A stretch of DNA of 64,000 nucleotides from Amoeboaphelidium protococcarum X5 (lineage: Eukaryota; Fungi; Aphelidiomycota). Both the position numbers and the translations under genes were made by a program. Positions 63,449 to 64,000 of this stretch are shown here, in pieces. Positions within the stretch are counted from its first letter, which is position 1, and the number at the start of each line of letters is the position of its first letter. The stretch is from the NCBI GenBank assembly GCA_023515725.1, contig JALDTO010000179.1, positions 266,052 through 330,051 of the forward strand. Reading direction: 5' to 3'. A model generated the notes under the pieces. It did no database searches. It was not told the origin of the DNA and saw nothing but the letters and a program-made list of their open reading frames with translations.

Positions 63449-64000
63449 TCATTACATGAGAACATTTTCAATTTTCACTGTGGGAAATGGATCTTTATTA
63501 CTCAGCACCAGAATCTACTTCTCATGAGAAATGTATCCTTTCACCATGTTCTTGTAAATCAGATTGGCAACAACGCATTCAATCTCAATGCTTGATAACT
63601 TGAATTGAGGCTCAAAGAGCGACAAGGCAATCGCTACGTGATCCAGTGGCATTCTATTGCTCTTGTCATTAGCAATGTATACTCTCTTCAACATATTTCT
63701 CCAACATACAAGCATTGCACGTTCCAACACCAGATAAGATTTACTGCTCAGCCTGACAATCTACATCACCGGCTAGGATCCAGCACCGGAGGCGAAAATA
63801 GACTTTAACTTGGGCACATTACCACTCTTTATAATCACGGCAAGAGCCACATGCTCATCACAGAGTCGGCTTAATTCTTCAACTTTATCACACGAGAAAT
63901 GAGGCTTTGTAAGCAACAAGGATCCATTAATCAACTAGAGTGGAATCAGTTGCTCAAGAACGGCATGCTATACCTTTGGGCAATTTTACAGGCGAGAGAC
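63449..64000 (-). CDS. PCID2: PCI-domain protein PCID2/Csn12/Thp1; 5' end outside the window
   Basis: IECVVANLIYKNMVKGYISHEKQILVLSNKDPFP. Confidence 0.85.

Noticed and set aside
1-64000. CRISPR arrays, rRNA or tRNA genes, prokaryotic operons
   Set aside because: None seen. The sequence is eukaryotic with spliceosomal introns, and the repeats are coding low-complexity tracts.

Overview
This is gene-dense, intron-poor eukaryotic nuclear DNA with about 33 protein genes, short GT-AG introns and short intergenic spacers. It uses a non-standard genetic code: TAA and TAG encode Gln and only TGA is a stop. The supplied standard-code ORF track is therefore fragmented and often on the wrong strand. 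Fungus-type genes (Pom152, Spa2, Gup1, Bud22), complex I subunits and UAR=Gln together point to an aphelid such as Amoeboaphelidium protococcarum (inference). Most genes are housekeeping: DCTN1, WDR83, MRE11, GUP1, UTP25, MAK5, RER2, POM152, HEM3, PAH1, RNASEH2B, ENT3, CDC23, SMC2, BUD22, a front-end desaturase, ALG13, NDUFS4, SPA2, TAP42, NDUFA2, PEX2, an FG-nucleoporin, BOS1 and PCID2. The accessory content has four parts. First, two inverted, intact 446-aa copies of a PD-(D/E)XK nuclease-kinase fusion gene with Spok/Crinkler-like architecture, invisible in the ORF track. Second, two tandem surface proteins with a beta-propeller head, Thr-rich stalk and TM helix. Third, a decayed piggyBac transposase. 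Fourth, a Ki-67-like FHA protein. All coordinates and translations were worked out by hand and no database searches were run.
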